Shown here: positions 18,904-28,306 of the stretch, piece by piece
How the letters are laid out: every line of letters starts with the position of its first letter
Position numbering within the stretch: the stretch's first letter is position 1
Source of the DNA: Candidatus Limnocylindrales bacterium
GTDB lineage: Bacteria; Chloroflexota; Limnocylindria; Limnocylindrales; CSP1-4
Direction of reading: 5' to 3'
Assembly (NCBI GenBank): GCA_038245845.1
Contig: JBBRRZ010000001.1
Location: 130,681-194,680 of the forward strand
DNA length: 64,000 nt
Notes under the pieces: generated by a model
Told to the model about the DNA's origin: nothing
The model's input: only the letters and a program-made list of their open reading frames with translations
The model's database searches: none
Position numbers and translations under genes: made by a program

Positions 18904-19908
18904 ATGCTGCTGGCGGTCGTGGTGCTGGCGGTCGGCTTCGACTACATCAACGGCTTCCACGACACCGCGAACGCGATCGCGACGTCCGTCGCGACGAGGG
19001 CCCTTCGCCCCAAGCACGCGCTGCTCATGGCAGCAGCGTTCAACTTCATTGGGGCCTTCGCCGGCACGGCCGTCGCGAACACGATCGGCAAGGGGCTCGT
19101 CGACGAGCAGACGACCACGCAGGCGATCGTCGCGGCAGCCCTGCTCGGCGCGATCACCTGGAACCTCATCACGTGGTCGCTCGGGCTGCCCAGCTCCAGC
19201 AGCCACGCGCTCATCGGCGGGCTCCTGGGGGCGACGATGGCCGCGGTCGGGTCCAGCGCGCTCAAGATCGACGGGATCATCAACAAGGTCCTGATCCCGC
19301 TCGTCACATCGCCCGTCATCGGGTTCTTCGGCGCGTTCCTGCTGATGATCGGCCTGAGCTGGCTGGTGCACGCGATCACGCGCGGCGACGGGGGTCCGAA
19401 CCGGCGTGCCGTGTCCACGGTCTTCCGGCGCCTCCAGGTGTTCTCGGCCGGGTTCATGGCGTTCGCGCACGGCTCCAACGACGCCCAGAAGACCATGGGC
19501 ATCATCACCCTGGCGCTCTTCTCGGCTGGCGTGATCCCGACCATCGAGGTCCCGTTCTGGGTCATCGTGATCTCGGCCACCGCGATCTCGCTGGGCACGG
19601 CGATCGGCGGCTGGCGGATCATGCAGACGATGGGCCACCGCGTCGTGGACCTGGAGCCCATCCACGGGTTCGCTGCAGAGACGACCGCCGCCACCATCAT
19701 CTACACCGCCGCCCACTTCGGCATGCCAGTGTCCACGACCCACGTCATCTCCAGCGCCATCATGGGCGTCGGCACCAGCCAGGGCATCCGGGGCGTGAAG
19801 TGGGGCGTCGCGCGCCGGATCCTCGTCGCGTGGGTGCTGACGATCCCTGCGGCCGCCACCGTCGGTGCCCTGGCCTGGTTCGTCCTCAACGCCGTGGGCC
19901 TCGGATGA
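18904..19908 (+). CDS. Inorganic phosphate transporter, PiT family
   Basis: GFHDTANAIATSV and GSNDAQKTMG signature repeats. Start is uncertain: ATG at 18904 is chosen, and an in-frame ATC at 18886 sits 7 nt after a GAGGAG. The ORF-track start at 18706 adds non-membrane residues. Confidence 0.85.
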   Translation: MLLAVVVLAVGFDYINGFHDTANAIATSVATRALRPKHALLMAAAFNFIGAFAGTAVANTIGKGLVDEQTTTQAIVAAALLGAITWNLITWSLGLPSSSSHALIGGLLGATMAAVGSSALKIDGIINKVLIPLVTSPVIGFFGAFLLMIGLSWLVHAITRGDGGPNRRAVSTVFRRLQVFSAGFMAFAHGSNDAQKTMGIITLALFSAGVIPTIEVPFWVIVISATAISLGTAIGGWRIMQTMGHRVVDLEPIHGFAAETTAATIIYTAAHFGMPVSTTHVISSAIMGVGTSQGIRGVKWGVARRILVAWVLTIPAAATVGALAWFVLNAVGLG

Positions 19909-19960
19909 TCGCCCGCCCCTCCCCGACCCCCACCCGCAGCCCGCAGCCCGGAGGCCACCC

Positions 19961-20575
19961 ATGGTCCGCCTGATCCCCCGTGACGAGAAGTTCTTCGACC
20001 TGTTCATCGCCGATGGCGAGAACCTGCTCGAGGCGGCCCGTCGGCTCGAGGCCATGGTCAACAGCTATGACCGCCTGGATGAGCGCGTCGCGGAGATCCA
20101 GGCGCTGGAGAAGCGCGGAGACCAGATCGGTTCGGAGGTGGCGGCGCGGCTCGAGAGGAGCTTCATCACCCCATTCGACCGCGAGGACATCCACGAGCTG
20201 GTCGTCCACCTCGACGACGTCGTCGACGGTATCCAGGCAGCCGCCGAGACGTTCGTGATCTACCGGATCGACAAGCCGGACGACGACGTCAAGCAGCTCG
20301 CCGGGATCCTGTCCGGGCAGGCGGTCCAGCTCCTGGAGGCGCTGACGAAGCTCGAGCGCGGCAAGAAGGACATCCACACGCATCTCGCCACGGTCCATGA
20401 CCTGGAGCACAAGGCCGACGGCCTCTCGCGCGCGGCGATCGGGCGCCTGTTCCGGGCGGGCTCGGATCCGCTCGAGGTCATCAAGCTGCGCGACCTGTAC
20501 CGGACGATGGAGGAGACGATCGACGCCGCGGAGGACGCGGCCGAGGTCATCGAGCGGATCCTCGCCAAGTCGTAG
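19961..20575 (+). CDS. DUF47 / PhoU-like accessory protein of PiT transporters
   Basis: Start MVRLIPRDEKFFDLF with a GGAGG RBS at 19950-19954. Helical-repeat protein of the family usually paired with pit genes. Confidence 0.8.
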   Translation: MVRLIPRDEKFFDLFIADGENLLEAARRLEAMVNSYDRLDERVAEIQALEKRGDQIGSEVAARLERSFITPFDREDIHELVVHLDDVVDGIQAAAETFVIYRIDKPDDDVKQLAGILSGQAVQLLEALTKLERGKKDIHTHLATVHDLEHKADGLSRAAIGRLFRAGSDPLEVIKLRDLYRTMEETIDAAEDAAEVIERILAKS

Positions 20576-20719
20576 CTGCGGGGCCGCGGGCCGGCCTGCG
20601 CGGCGGGGCGTGGACGGCAAGCGCGCGAGCCCATGGCGGACCCGCGCTCCCCATTGCGTCCGCGTGCGAGGATGCGCAGATCGCTGGCGCCGCCGGTGCG
20701 TGACTGCACGAGGAGTCCC

Positions 20720-21487
20720 GTGGAGGAGTCCACCCGCCCCGAGCCCGCCCTGCGGCGCCCGGGCGCCGCCGCCGGTGCCGGTTCCGTTGATGCGGATCCG
20801 GCGACGCTCCTGGGCCCGCCCCATCTCGCCGATCCACGTGCCCTCACGATCCTCTCGACCGAGCACTGGAGCCTGCTGACCTCGCGCTCGCTCGTGTACA
20901 ACGAATCGTTCTCGCGCGGCGGCATGTTCCTCACGTTCCTGTCCGCGTCGCTGGTCGCCCTCGGCTTCATCTCGCAGGGCGCCGTCGGCCCGGAGCTCCC
21001 GTGGGTCGTGCTGCTGTTCCTCGCGCTCGACCTGTTCGTGGGGCTCGCGACGATGGGCCGGCTGATCTCCGCGAGCAGCGAGGAGTTCCGCGCGCTCCAG
21101 GCGATGAACCGGATCCGCCACGCGTACCTCGAGATGGTGCCCACGCTGGAGCCGTACTTCTCGACCGCCCACCATGACGACGTGCGGAGCGTCCTCGACA
21201 CCTACGGCGAGTCCGTAGGGCAGGAGCCGTTCGCGCTGTCTGCGATCACCCACGGACTGACGACCATGCCCGGGCTCGTCGGCGTGCTCGACGCGGCGCT
21301 CGCGGGTGCGATCGCGGCGACGGTCGTCGGCATTCTCGGGGCGAGCTCGTCCCTCGCGATCGTGGCGGCCGTCGTCGCGGCGCTCGTCATGACCCTGCTC
21401 CTGTTCCGGCTCATGGGCACCATCTTCCACCGCCAGGAGCGGTACATGGCCCCCCGCTTCCCGCCACCGACGCCGCCCCGCGGCTGA
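20720..21487 (+). CDS. Hypothetical integral membrane protein
   Basis: Several predicted TM helices (LTFLSASLVALGFI, VVLLFLALDLFVGL, AIVAAVVAALVMTLLLF) and high GC3. GTG at 20720 follows GAGGAGTCCC, the same context as the upp start. ATG at 20633 is an alternative start. Confidence 0.5.
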   Translation: MEESTRPEPALRRPGAAAGAGSVDADPATLLGPPHLADPRALTILSTEHWSLLTSRSLVYNESFSRGGMFLTFLSASLVALGFISQGAVGPELPWVVLLFLALDLFVGLATMGRLISASSEEFRALQAMNRIRHAYLEMVPTLEPYFSTAHHDDVRSVLDTYGESVGQEPFALSAITHGLTTMPGLVGVLDAALAGAIAATVVGILGASSSLAIVAAVVAALVMTLLLFRLMGTIFHRQERYMAPRFPPPTPPRG

Positions 21488-21513
21488 GGTCGATTCCGCG
21501 GCGAGCTGACCGC

Positions 21514-22176
21514 TCAGCGCCGCCGGGCGAGCGTCATCCCGTCGGCGATCGCGAGCATCACGGGCGTCACCCGCTCGTCCTCGGCGATCGTCGCGTTGAC
21601 CGCGCGCAGCGCGACCGTGTCCGTATCCGTCTCGGACGGATCGGCGACTGCCCCGCTCCACAGGACGTTGTCCACGGCGATCACGCCGCCCTGGCGGACA
21701 AGCCGGACGCAGCGTTCCCAGTACGACCCGTAGGACGACTTGTCAGCGTCGATGAAGGCGAGGTCGAAGGTGCCTGCCGCGCCGTCCTCGAGCAGCGCGT
21801 CCAGCGTCTCGACGGCGGGCGCGATCCGCAGGTCCACCTTGTGCGCGACGCCCGCTTCCGCCCAGTAGCGACGGGCGATGGACGTGTACTCCTCGGACAC
21901 GTCGCAGCACACGATCGTGCCGTCGTCGGGGAGCGCGAGCGCCACCGCGAGCGAGGAGTAGCCCGTGAACGTCCCGATCTCGAGGCACCGGCGGGCGTCG
22001 AGCAGCTCCACCAGCAGGCGCAGCACGGCACCCTGCTCTGGGGCGATCTGCATCTGCGCCCGCGGATGGCCCGCGGTCTCGTCGCGCAGCCGGCCGAGGA
22101 TCGCGGGCTCCCGGACCCCGAAGCGCAGCACGTAGTCATGGACCGCCTCGGGCAGGCCGATGGATTTGGATGTCAT
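21514..22176 (-). CDS. Class I SAM-dependent O-methyltransferase (caffeoyl-CoA OMT-like)
   Basis: SAM motif LEIGTFTGYSSLAVALAL and the metal/acidic motif FDLAFIDADK. Confidence 0.85.
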   Translation of the reverse strand: MTSKSIGLPEAVHDYVLRFGVREPAILGRLRDETAGHPRAQMQIAPEQGAVLRLLVELLDARRCLEIGTFTGYSSLAVALALPDDGTIVCCDVSEEYTSIARRYWAEAGVAHKVDLRIAPAVETLDALLEDGAAGTFDLAFIDADKSSYGSYWERCVRLVRQGGVIAVDNVLWSGAVADPSETDTDTVALRAVNATIAEDERVTPVMLAIADGMTLARRR

Positions 22177-22238
22177 GGCCGCGATGATGGCACGCCCGGG
22201 AGGGCGACGACGCTCGCCCGTGGGCCGCGCGCGGGCCG

Positions 22239-22955
22239 CTACGCCGGTCGGCGCAGGACGTAGCCCACGCCGCGCACGGTCTGGAGGAACGTCGGCGTGG
22301 CCGGGTCGTCCTCGAGCTCGCTCCGCAGCCAGTGGACGTGGACGTCGACGGTTCGCGACTCGCCCGCGTAGTCGTAGCCCCAGACACGCTCGAGCAGCTG
22401 GTCGCGGGTGAAGACCTGGCCCTGGTGGCGCAGGAGAAATGCGAGGAGCTCGAATGCCTTGGGCTTCACCGCAACGGGCTCGCCGTCGCGCAGCAGGCGA
22501 TGACCCGCGAGGTCCACGTGCACCCGCCCGAGGCGCATCGGCGGGGGCGGTTCCGCGCCATCGACGACGGCCGCGGCCGCCGCGGCCGCCTGGTCCGACC
22601 GGCGGAAGATCGCCCGGATCCGCGCCGTGAGCTCGCGCAGCGAGAACGGCTTCGTCACGTAGTCATCGGCGCCAAGCTCGAGCCCGACGACCTTGTCGAC
22701 CTCGGAGTCCTTGGCGGTGAGCATGATGATCGGGACCGCGGACTCGGCCCGCAGGATGCGACACACCTCGACGCCCGAGAGCTCCGGGAGCATCAGGTCC
22801 AGGAGGACGAGGTCCGGGTGCTCCGACCGGAAGCGCTCCAGCGCCTGGCGGCCGTCGGCGGCGGGGATCGCCCGATAACCCTCCATCTCGAGCGCCTCGA
22901 CAAGGGTCTCCCGGAGCGTGGTCTCGTCGTCCACGACGAGGATCGTGCGGCCCAT
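22239..22955 (-). CDS. OmpR/PhoB-family response regulator, RegX3-like
   Basis: Start MGRTILVVDDE. The segment AKDSEVDKVVGLELGADDYVTKPFSLRELTARIRAIFRR closely resembles mycobacterial RegX3 as I recall it. Winged-helix C-terminus ends LQTVRGVGYVLR. Confidence 0.9.
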   Translation of the reverse strand: MGRTILVVDDETTLRETLVEALEMEGYRAIPAADGRQALERFRSEHPDLVLLDLMLPELSGVEVCRILRAESAVPIIMLTAKDSEVDKVVGLELGADDYVTKPFSLRELTARIRAIFRRSDQAAAAAAAVVDGAEPPPPMRLGRVHVDLAGHRLLRDGEPVAVKPKAFELLAFLLRHQGQVFTRDQLLERVWGYDYAGESRTVDVHVHWLRSELEDDPATPTFLQTVRGVGYVLRRPA

Positions 22956-22978
22956 TCGCCGAGCATCGTCGGTCGAGC

Positions 22979-23010
22979 GTGTTAACGGGATGTTGTTGTG
23001 CGGTGAACCC
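22979..23010 (-). promoter_or_regulatory. PHO-box-like 11-nt direct repeats upstream of the response regulator (tentative)
   Basis: Minus-strand reading is GTTCACCGCAC-AACAACATCCC-GTTAACACGCT, lying 24-55 nt upstream of the ATG. GTTCACC is the core of actinobacterial PhoP direct-repeat units. Confidence 0.25.
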
Positions 23011-23118
23011 GAGCGCATGGGTGGATGCTACGGCGCCTGCCCAGCGGCCGCGGGGCGGGAGGGGCGCCAGCGCCGCGGGCGGGCGCCGGACCCGGGGTAG
23101 GCCGGGGAACCGCCGCCC

Positions 23119-24624
23119 TCAGCCCCCGGCGACCACCGTCCCCAGGCCCGCGATCGCCGCGTCGAGGCGGAGGAGCGTCCGATCCCGGCCGAGGGCCACG
23201 AGCGTGTCGAACAGCGGCGGCGTGGCGGTACGCCCGGTCGTCGCCACGCGGATCGCCATGAACAGGTCGCCGGCCTTCCACCCGCGCGACTCGACGAGGT
23301 CACGCAGCGGCGGCTCCAGCTCGTCCGCCTCCCAGGTGACGGCGTCGTGGGCGGCCATCCGGTCGCGGGCCGCGGCGAGCGCCTCGCGCGTCGTGGCCGC
23401 GTCCCAGCGCTTGGGCGCGATCGTCGCCGGGTCAACGTCAAGCTCGTCGGTCCACAGGAAGCCCACGAGCCCCGGCAACGACGCAAGGGTCGGGATCCGC
23501 TCGCGCACGATCGGCAGCAGCGAACGCACTTCATCCTCGGCGGGCAACCTCCCGATCTCGCCCGAGGCCGCCGATGCCTCCAGGAACGGCATCAGGCGCT
23601 CGACCAGGTCTTCGTCCGCGAGGCGGCGGATCCATTGGCCGTTGAGCCACTCCAGGCGCTCGCGATCGAATCGCGCCCCGCCCTTCTGGACCTTCGCGAG
23701 GTCGAAGCGCTCGCCCAGCTCCTCGAGCGTGAACACCTCCTCCTCGGTCCCGGGTGACCAGCCGAGGAACGCGAAGTAGTTGACCAGCGCCTCGCGCGTG
23801 AACCCCTGGGCGATGTAGTCGGCGACGGCGGTCTGGCTCTTGCGCTTGCTCATCTTCGTCCCATCGGGGTTGAGGATGAGCGGCAGGTGCCCGAAGATCG
23901 GCCGTGGGTATCCAAGCGCGTCGAACAGGAGGATGTGCTTGGGCGTGTTGCTGACGTGGTCCTCGCCGCGGATCACGTGGCTGATGCGCATCGCCATGTC
24001 GTCCACGACCACGGTGAAATGGTAGAGCGGCGTGCCGTCGCCACGGACGATGACGAAGTCGCCACCGAGGTTGGAGGTGTCGATCTCGACCCGGTCGCGG
24101 ACGAGGTCGTCCCAGCCGACGACGCCCTCGGGCACGCGGAAGCGCAGCGCGCCACGGCGTCCCCCTGCCCCCTTTGCCTGCCGCTCGTCTGCCGTGAGGC
24201 TCGCGCACCGGCCGACATAGCGCGGCGGCAGCTTGCCCGCTTCCTGGGCCTTGCGGTCCGCGTCCAGCTCCTCGGGCGTGCAGTAGCAGGGATAGGCGCG
24301 ATCCATCGCGAGCAGCGCGGCGGCGGCGGCCGCATAGTCGGGCAGACGCTGCATCTGGCGGTACGGCGCGTACGGCCCCGCTTCCTCGAGACCGGCGACG
24401 CCCGGTCCCTCGTCCCAGGTGATCCCCAGCCAGTGCAGGCCGTCGAGGATGTCCTGCTCGAACGCGACGCTGCTCCGGGCGACGTCGGTGTCCTCGAGCC
24501 TGAGGATGAACCGGCCGCCCGTGTGGCGCGCGAAGAGGTAGTTGAACAGCGCGGTGCGCGCGGTCCCGATGTGGAGGGGTCCGGTCGGGCTGGGCGCGAT
24601 GCGGACGCGGGTGTCGGCGGGCAT
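23119..24624 (-). CDS. gltX: Glutamyl-tRNA synthetase
   Basis: Start MPADTRVRIAPSPTGPLHIGTARTALFNY (HIGH motif) and TKMSKRKS (KMSKS motif). The ORF-track start at 24780 overlaps the upstream gene. Confidence 0.92.
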   Translation of the reverse strand: MPADTRVRIAPSPTGPLHIGTARTALFNYLFARHTGGRFILRLEDTDVARSSVAFEQDILDGLHWLGITWDEGPGVAGLEEAGPYAPYRQMQRLPDYAAAAAALLAMDRAYPCYCTPEELDADRKAQEAGKLPPRYVGRCASLTADERQAKGAGGRRGALRFRVPEGVVGWDDLVRDRVEIDTSNLGGDFVIVRGDGTPLYHFTVVVDDMAMRISHVIRGEDHVSNTPKHILLFDALGYPRPIFGHLPLILNPDGTKMSKRKSQTAVADYIAQGFTREALVNYFAFLGWSPGTEEEVFTLEELGERFDLAKVQKGGARFDRERLEWLNGQWIRRLADEDLVERLMPFLEASAASGEIGRLPAEDEVRSLLPIVRERIPTLASLPGLVGFLWTDELDVDPATIAPKRWDAATTREALAAARDRMAAHDAVTWEADELEPPLRDLVESRGWKAGDLFMAIRVATTGRTATPPLFDTLVALGRDRTLLRLDAAIAGLGTVVAGG

Positions 24625-24664
24625 GGCCCGATTGTAGGCCGGGCCTGCCAGCTCCTGGGACGGT

Positions 24665-25393
24665 CTAGCTGGACAGCGGCGCCGGCACGACGTGGAACAG
24701 CGCGGCGTCGGCGTCGCCCGGGAGGACCCGGATGAGCGCCGCGGGGCGCAGGCCGAGGGTCGCGCGGCCGCGCGGGCCATCGAGCGTCAGGCTGTCGAGG
24801 CTCTCGGAACGGGCGAGGACCGTGATGTGCGCACCGGGCGTCAGGGCGCGAGCCTCGAGATAGGACAGCAGGCCCGCGTCCTCCTCGGCCTCCTCGGTGA
24901 TCCGCAGGACCGTGGCGCGCGACCCAGATTCGAGCTCCGAGAGCGGGACGCCGGAGGGGCGTCGACGCGCGGTCTCCAGGTCGATCGGATTGCCGTGCGG
25001 GCACGTCTCCGGGTGGCCCAGGAGCTCGTCGAGCTTCGACTCGACGCGCGGCGAGAGCGCGCCCTGGAGGCGCATCGCCTCCACGTCGCTCTCCGCCCAC
25101 GAGAGGCCGACGACGGAGGTGAGCAGCCACTCCAGCAGGGCGTGGCGGCGGAAGATCGCGTCGGCGGCGGCGCGCCCCGCGGTCGTGAGGACGAGCCCGC
25201 GTCCGGTCGTCGGCTCGAGCAGGCCGTCAGCGGCGAGGCGCCGGCACATCTCGCTCGCTGCCTGGGTGCTCACGCCGACGTGCCGGCCAAGCTGCGCGGT
25301 CGTCGCGACGCGGCCTTCGGAGCCCATCACGCGGAGTGCGAGCAGATACTCCTGGGCGGCGGCGGAGATGTCCGAGTCGTGACGGCGTTGCAT
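24665..25393 (-). CDS. DtxR/IdeR/MntR-family metal-dependent transcriptional regulator
   Basis: N-terminal winged HTH (QEYLLAL...TAQLGRHVGVSTQAASEMCRRL), dimerisation/metal region (FRRHALLEWLL...HPETCPHGNPI) and a C-terminal FeoA/SH3-like domain. Confidence 0.85.
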   Translation of the reverse strand: MQRRHDSDISAAAQEYLLALRVMGSEGRVATTAQLGRHVGVSTQAASEMCRRLAADGLLEPTTGRGLVLTTAGRAAADAIFRRHALLEWLLTSVVGLSWAESDVEAMRLQGALSPRVESKLDELLGHPETCPHGNPIDLETARRRPSGVPLSELESGSRATVLRITEEAEEDAGLLSYLEARALTPGAHITVLARSESLDSLTLDGPRGRATLGLRPAALIRVLPGDADAALFHVVPAPLSS

Positions 25394-25403
25394 GCCGCCC
25401 AGT

Positions 25404-26966
25404 CTACGCCGGGGGTCCGCCGCACCCGGCCTGATCCGGAGTGTGCCAGACCGCGTTCGAGCCGGTCACGAGCCCCACGACGTACGCGAGCGACGTGACC
25501 GCGCCGAGCACCGGCGCGCCGATGCGCGAGTCGGGCAGGCTGCCGACCGAGAGCACGGCCGCGACGGGCAGCGCGACGCCGAGCGCGAGGGTCGCCGCGA
25601 AGGCCGCGATCGCCGCGGCGGGCGGCACGAGGATGAGTGCCGCCACGACGATCGGCTGGAGGACGAGGGGCAGGAGCGGCATCGGCTCCGGGCATGTTGC
25701 GGCGAACGTCGAGCAGCCCGAGATCATCGAAACCAGCGTGCCAACCGCATACCCGATCGGCGGCCAGCCAGTCAGGGCGAGCATGATCCGCCAGCGCCAA
25801 CCCGGCCGGCGGGCCAGGCCGAGGAGGCTGCGCGGCGCGAACCGGCGGGCGATCGACTCGAGGTCGGGAAAGGCGTCGTCGCCGGTGGCCGCGGGCCACG
25901 AGGTCGGGCGAGACGCGGATCCGGCGCGGAAGCCAGGTCCCGCGCTGCGGCCGTCAGCGCTGCAGCCGTCAGCGCTGCGGCCGTCAGCGCCCGGCGGGTC
26001 CCCGTGGGTGGGGGCGTCGCCACCGATGTCGTAGCTCCACGCGCGGGTCCCCCACTCCGCGCCGCCGCCCGTCGTCGACGCGTCGTCGTCGGCCGCGGAC
26101 GCGTCGTCACCGCTCCAGTGCCAGCGGGGATCGTCGTCCGAGGCATCCGCGGCCGAGAACGGATCGGCCGCGAACGGATCGGTGCCGTCGGCCTCCCGGC
26201 GCGTGTCGGCGCGGCTGCCGGCGCGGCCCGGGGGTCGCGGGTCCGCGTCCTGTCCGGGCCTGCCGGTGCCGGCGCGACGCGCACGGGCGAGGTACTCCGG
26301 GCCGTGCTTGCGCGGGTCCGCGTACTCGCGCGGGTTGAGGGTCCAGAAGGTGCCCGAGCTCGGGCCGTACCAAGCGCCGCCGTCCCACTCGGGATCGAGC
26401 GGCAGCTCAGCGGCCTCGTCGTAGGAGGTGGAGCCGGGCGTGGCCGTTCGCGGCCCGCGGCGCGCGTGGTGCTCTCGGCGCGGCCGCTCCCGGCCAGTCT
26501 CGCCCGACCCCGGCGCGGATCGACGAGCACCGCCGGGGCCGCTCGTTCCGGCGGCGTCCGCGCCCGATCCAGGGGCGTCAGCCCCATCGGCTGCACCTGG
26601 ATCTGTCCCGGTTCCCCGCCCGGTCGATCCGCCCGACGACCCTGCCCGGCGCGCCCGCCAGGCATCGCGCGACGCTCGTGCCCTCGTGGCGTCCGGGCGC
26701 CACGACTCCGACGGACGCGGGCCGGCACCCGGCCGTTGGGCGGCGCCCGGTCGCGAGCCCGCCGGACCGTGTACACGGAGCCGGCCCTCGACGTCGACCA
26801 GCCGCTCGTACGCCGCCTGGATGGCGAGGAAGCGCGGTAGCGCACGTTCGCCCGCAGCGTCGGGGTGGTACTGCTTGACGAGCCGCCGGTACGCCGACTT
26901 GAGCTCGTTGAGGGAGGCGCCCGGGGCCACGCCGAGCGTGCGGTACGGATCACCCTGGAACGTCAT
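25404..26966 (-). CDS. Membrane-anchored J-domain protein with a long Arg/Gly/Asp/Pro-rich linker
   Basis: N-terminal DPYRTLGVAPGASLNELKSAYRRLVKQYHPDAAG (HPD), about 300 aa of low-complexity sequence with short tandem repeats, then 3-4 predicted TM helices at the C-terminus. Confidence 0.7.
   Translation of the reverse strand: MTFQGDPYRTLGVAPGASLNELKSAYRRLVKQYHPDAAGERALPRFLAIQAAYERLVDVEGRLRVHGPAGSRPGAAQRPGAGPRPSESWRPDATRARASRDAWRARRAGSSGGSTGRGTGTDPGAADGADAPGSGADAAGTSGPGGARRSAPGSGETGRERPRREHHARRGPRTATPGSTSYDEAAELPLDPEWDGGAWYGPSSGTFWTLNPREYADPRKHGPEYLARARRAGTGRPGQDADPRPPGRAGSRADTRREADGTDPFAADPFSAADASDDDPRWHWSGDDASAADDDASTTGGGAEWGTRAWSYDIGGDAPTHGDPPGADGRSADGCSADGRSAGPGFRAGSASRPTSWPAATGDDAFPDLESIARRFAPRSLLGLARRPGWRWRIMLALTGWPPIGYAVGTLVSMISGCSTFAATCPEPMPLLPLVLQPIVVAALILVPPAAAIAAFAATLALGVALPVAAVLSVGSLPDSRIGAPVLGAVTSLAYVVGLVTGSNAVWHTPDQAGCGGPPA
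25944..25988. repeat. 15-bp in-frame tandem repeat x3 inside the J-domain gene
   Basis: GCTGCRGCCGTCAGC repeated three times head to tail, giving ADG(R/C)S pentapeptide repeats on the coding strand. Confidence 0.85.
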
Positions 26967-27011
26967 GGGGACGCGATCTCCGTCTGGCGGCCGACCGGTC
27001 CGCCGGGACCC

Positions 27012-28178
27012 TCAGCCGATCAGCTCACCCACCGGGGCGAGCTCGAAGTCTGCCACGGCCTCGGCGGCGGTTCGTCCGTGCGGATCGATGTCGAGGGGCC
27101 GGTGGTAGCGGGCGAGCATGCGCAACGCCTGGCCGTCGACGACGCCGGCCTGGCGAAGCGCCTCGACCGTCGCGGCCCACGAGCCGCGCTCGTCCGCATC
27201 TCCGTCTTCGATCTTGAGGGCCATTCCGGATGCCGCCGTCTGCGAGCCGCTGGCCCGCGGCCCGGGCAACATCCCGACGCCGCGCAGCCCCTCCATCCCG
27301 CTCTTGCTGACGACGCGGCCGTTGACGGCCTTCATGAGCGAGGTGTCCAGCCGGTCCCGCGTGCCTGCAACGAGCTCCGGGTGGGCGCGCATCGCGTCCC
27401 GAACCTCCAGCAGCTGCGACGCGAGTGCGGTCCGCGGGTCGTCGGCCGGGATCCCGGCCGGGTCCGCGAGGATCGCGAACGCCCGTGCGACCTCCCGCAG
27501 CGGGAACGCGTAGGTCAGGATGCCGCAGCCGTCGATCCCGGTCAGCAACCGGTCGGCACGGACGTTGTAGGCGGCGGCGACGGCCTCCCGGTAGGCGACG
27601 CTCGCCGGGTGGTCCTCGTGCCAGTAGGTCTCGAGCGGCCAGTCGCCAAGCTTCGCCAGGAGCACGAACACCGAGTGCTGCCCGGAGCACATGTGGCGGA
27701 GCGGGCTGGGTCGTTCGCCGTCCCGGGCCAGGCGGGAAGCCGTGAGCGCATCGAGCGGCGATCCCTCGGTGCCACAGGCGAGGACCGCCTGCGCGATCCC
27801 CAGCCGCCGGTACAGGGCCTGGATCGTGCGCACGTGGACGTCCTCGCCGGAGTGGCTCGACGCCATGACGGCCAGCTCGTCGGTGGTCAGGTCGAACTCG
27901 GCCCGGCCACCTGCGCGGAGCAGCGCGAGCAGCCCGAACGGCTTGACGGTCGAGCGGAGGTTGACGATCCGGTCCGGGTCTCCGAGCACACGCAGCATCC
28001 GGCCGCTCGCGTCCACCTCCACGATGTCGCCGCGGTGCACGGACTCCACCACGCCGTTGCGAGTCTGCCTGACGAGCACGGGCGACGGCGACCACTTCGC
28101 AGCCTTCGTCGAGGCACCGCGAGAGGCGGCGCCGCGGGCTCCACGAGTCGGGGGTCTGACGGCCATCGGGCCGAGCAT
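27012..28178 (-). CDS. L-asparaginase II family protein (Rhizobium-type)
   Basis: VLVRQTRNGVVESVHRGDIVEVD...RSTVKPFGLLALL matches the asparaginase II family. Start is ambiguous between ATG at 28178 and ATG at 28166. The ORF-track start at 28427 overlaps upp antisense. Confidence 0.7.
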   Translation of the reverse strand: MLGPMAVRPPTRGARGAASRGASTKAAKWSPSPVLVRQTRNGVVESVHRGDIVEVDASGRMLRVLGDPDRIVNLRSTVKPFGLLALLRAGGRAEFDLTTDELAVMASSHSGEDVHVRTIQALYRRLGIAQAVLACGTEGSPLDALTASRLARDGERPSPLRHMCSGQHSVFVLLAKLGDWPLETYWHEDHPASVAYREAVAAAYNVRADRLLTGIDGCGILTYAFPLREVARAFAILADPAGIPADDPRTALASQLLEVRDAMRAHPELVAGTRDRLDTSLMKAVNGRVVSKSGMEGLRGVGMLPGPRASGSQTAASGMALKIEDGDADERGSWAATVEALRQAGVVDGQALRMLARYHRPLDIDPHGRTAAEAVADFELAPVGELIG

Positions 28179-28306
28179 AGCCCGTCGCGCCGCGGTCGTC
28201 CCCGCCGCCGTCGTCCGCACGCTACGATTCACCCGGATCCGGACGATGCCCGCCATCAGCCGCGGGCCGCGCCGCCCGCACGTCCGACCAGAACGCGAGG
28301 AGTCCC

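Noticed and set aside
24625-24664. T-box or attenuator leader upstream of gltX
   Set aside because: Only 40 nt separate gltX from the preceding DtxR-family gene, which is too short for a T-box. gltX is more likely co-transcribed.
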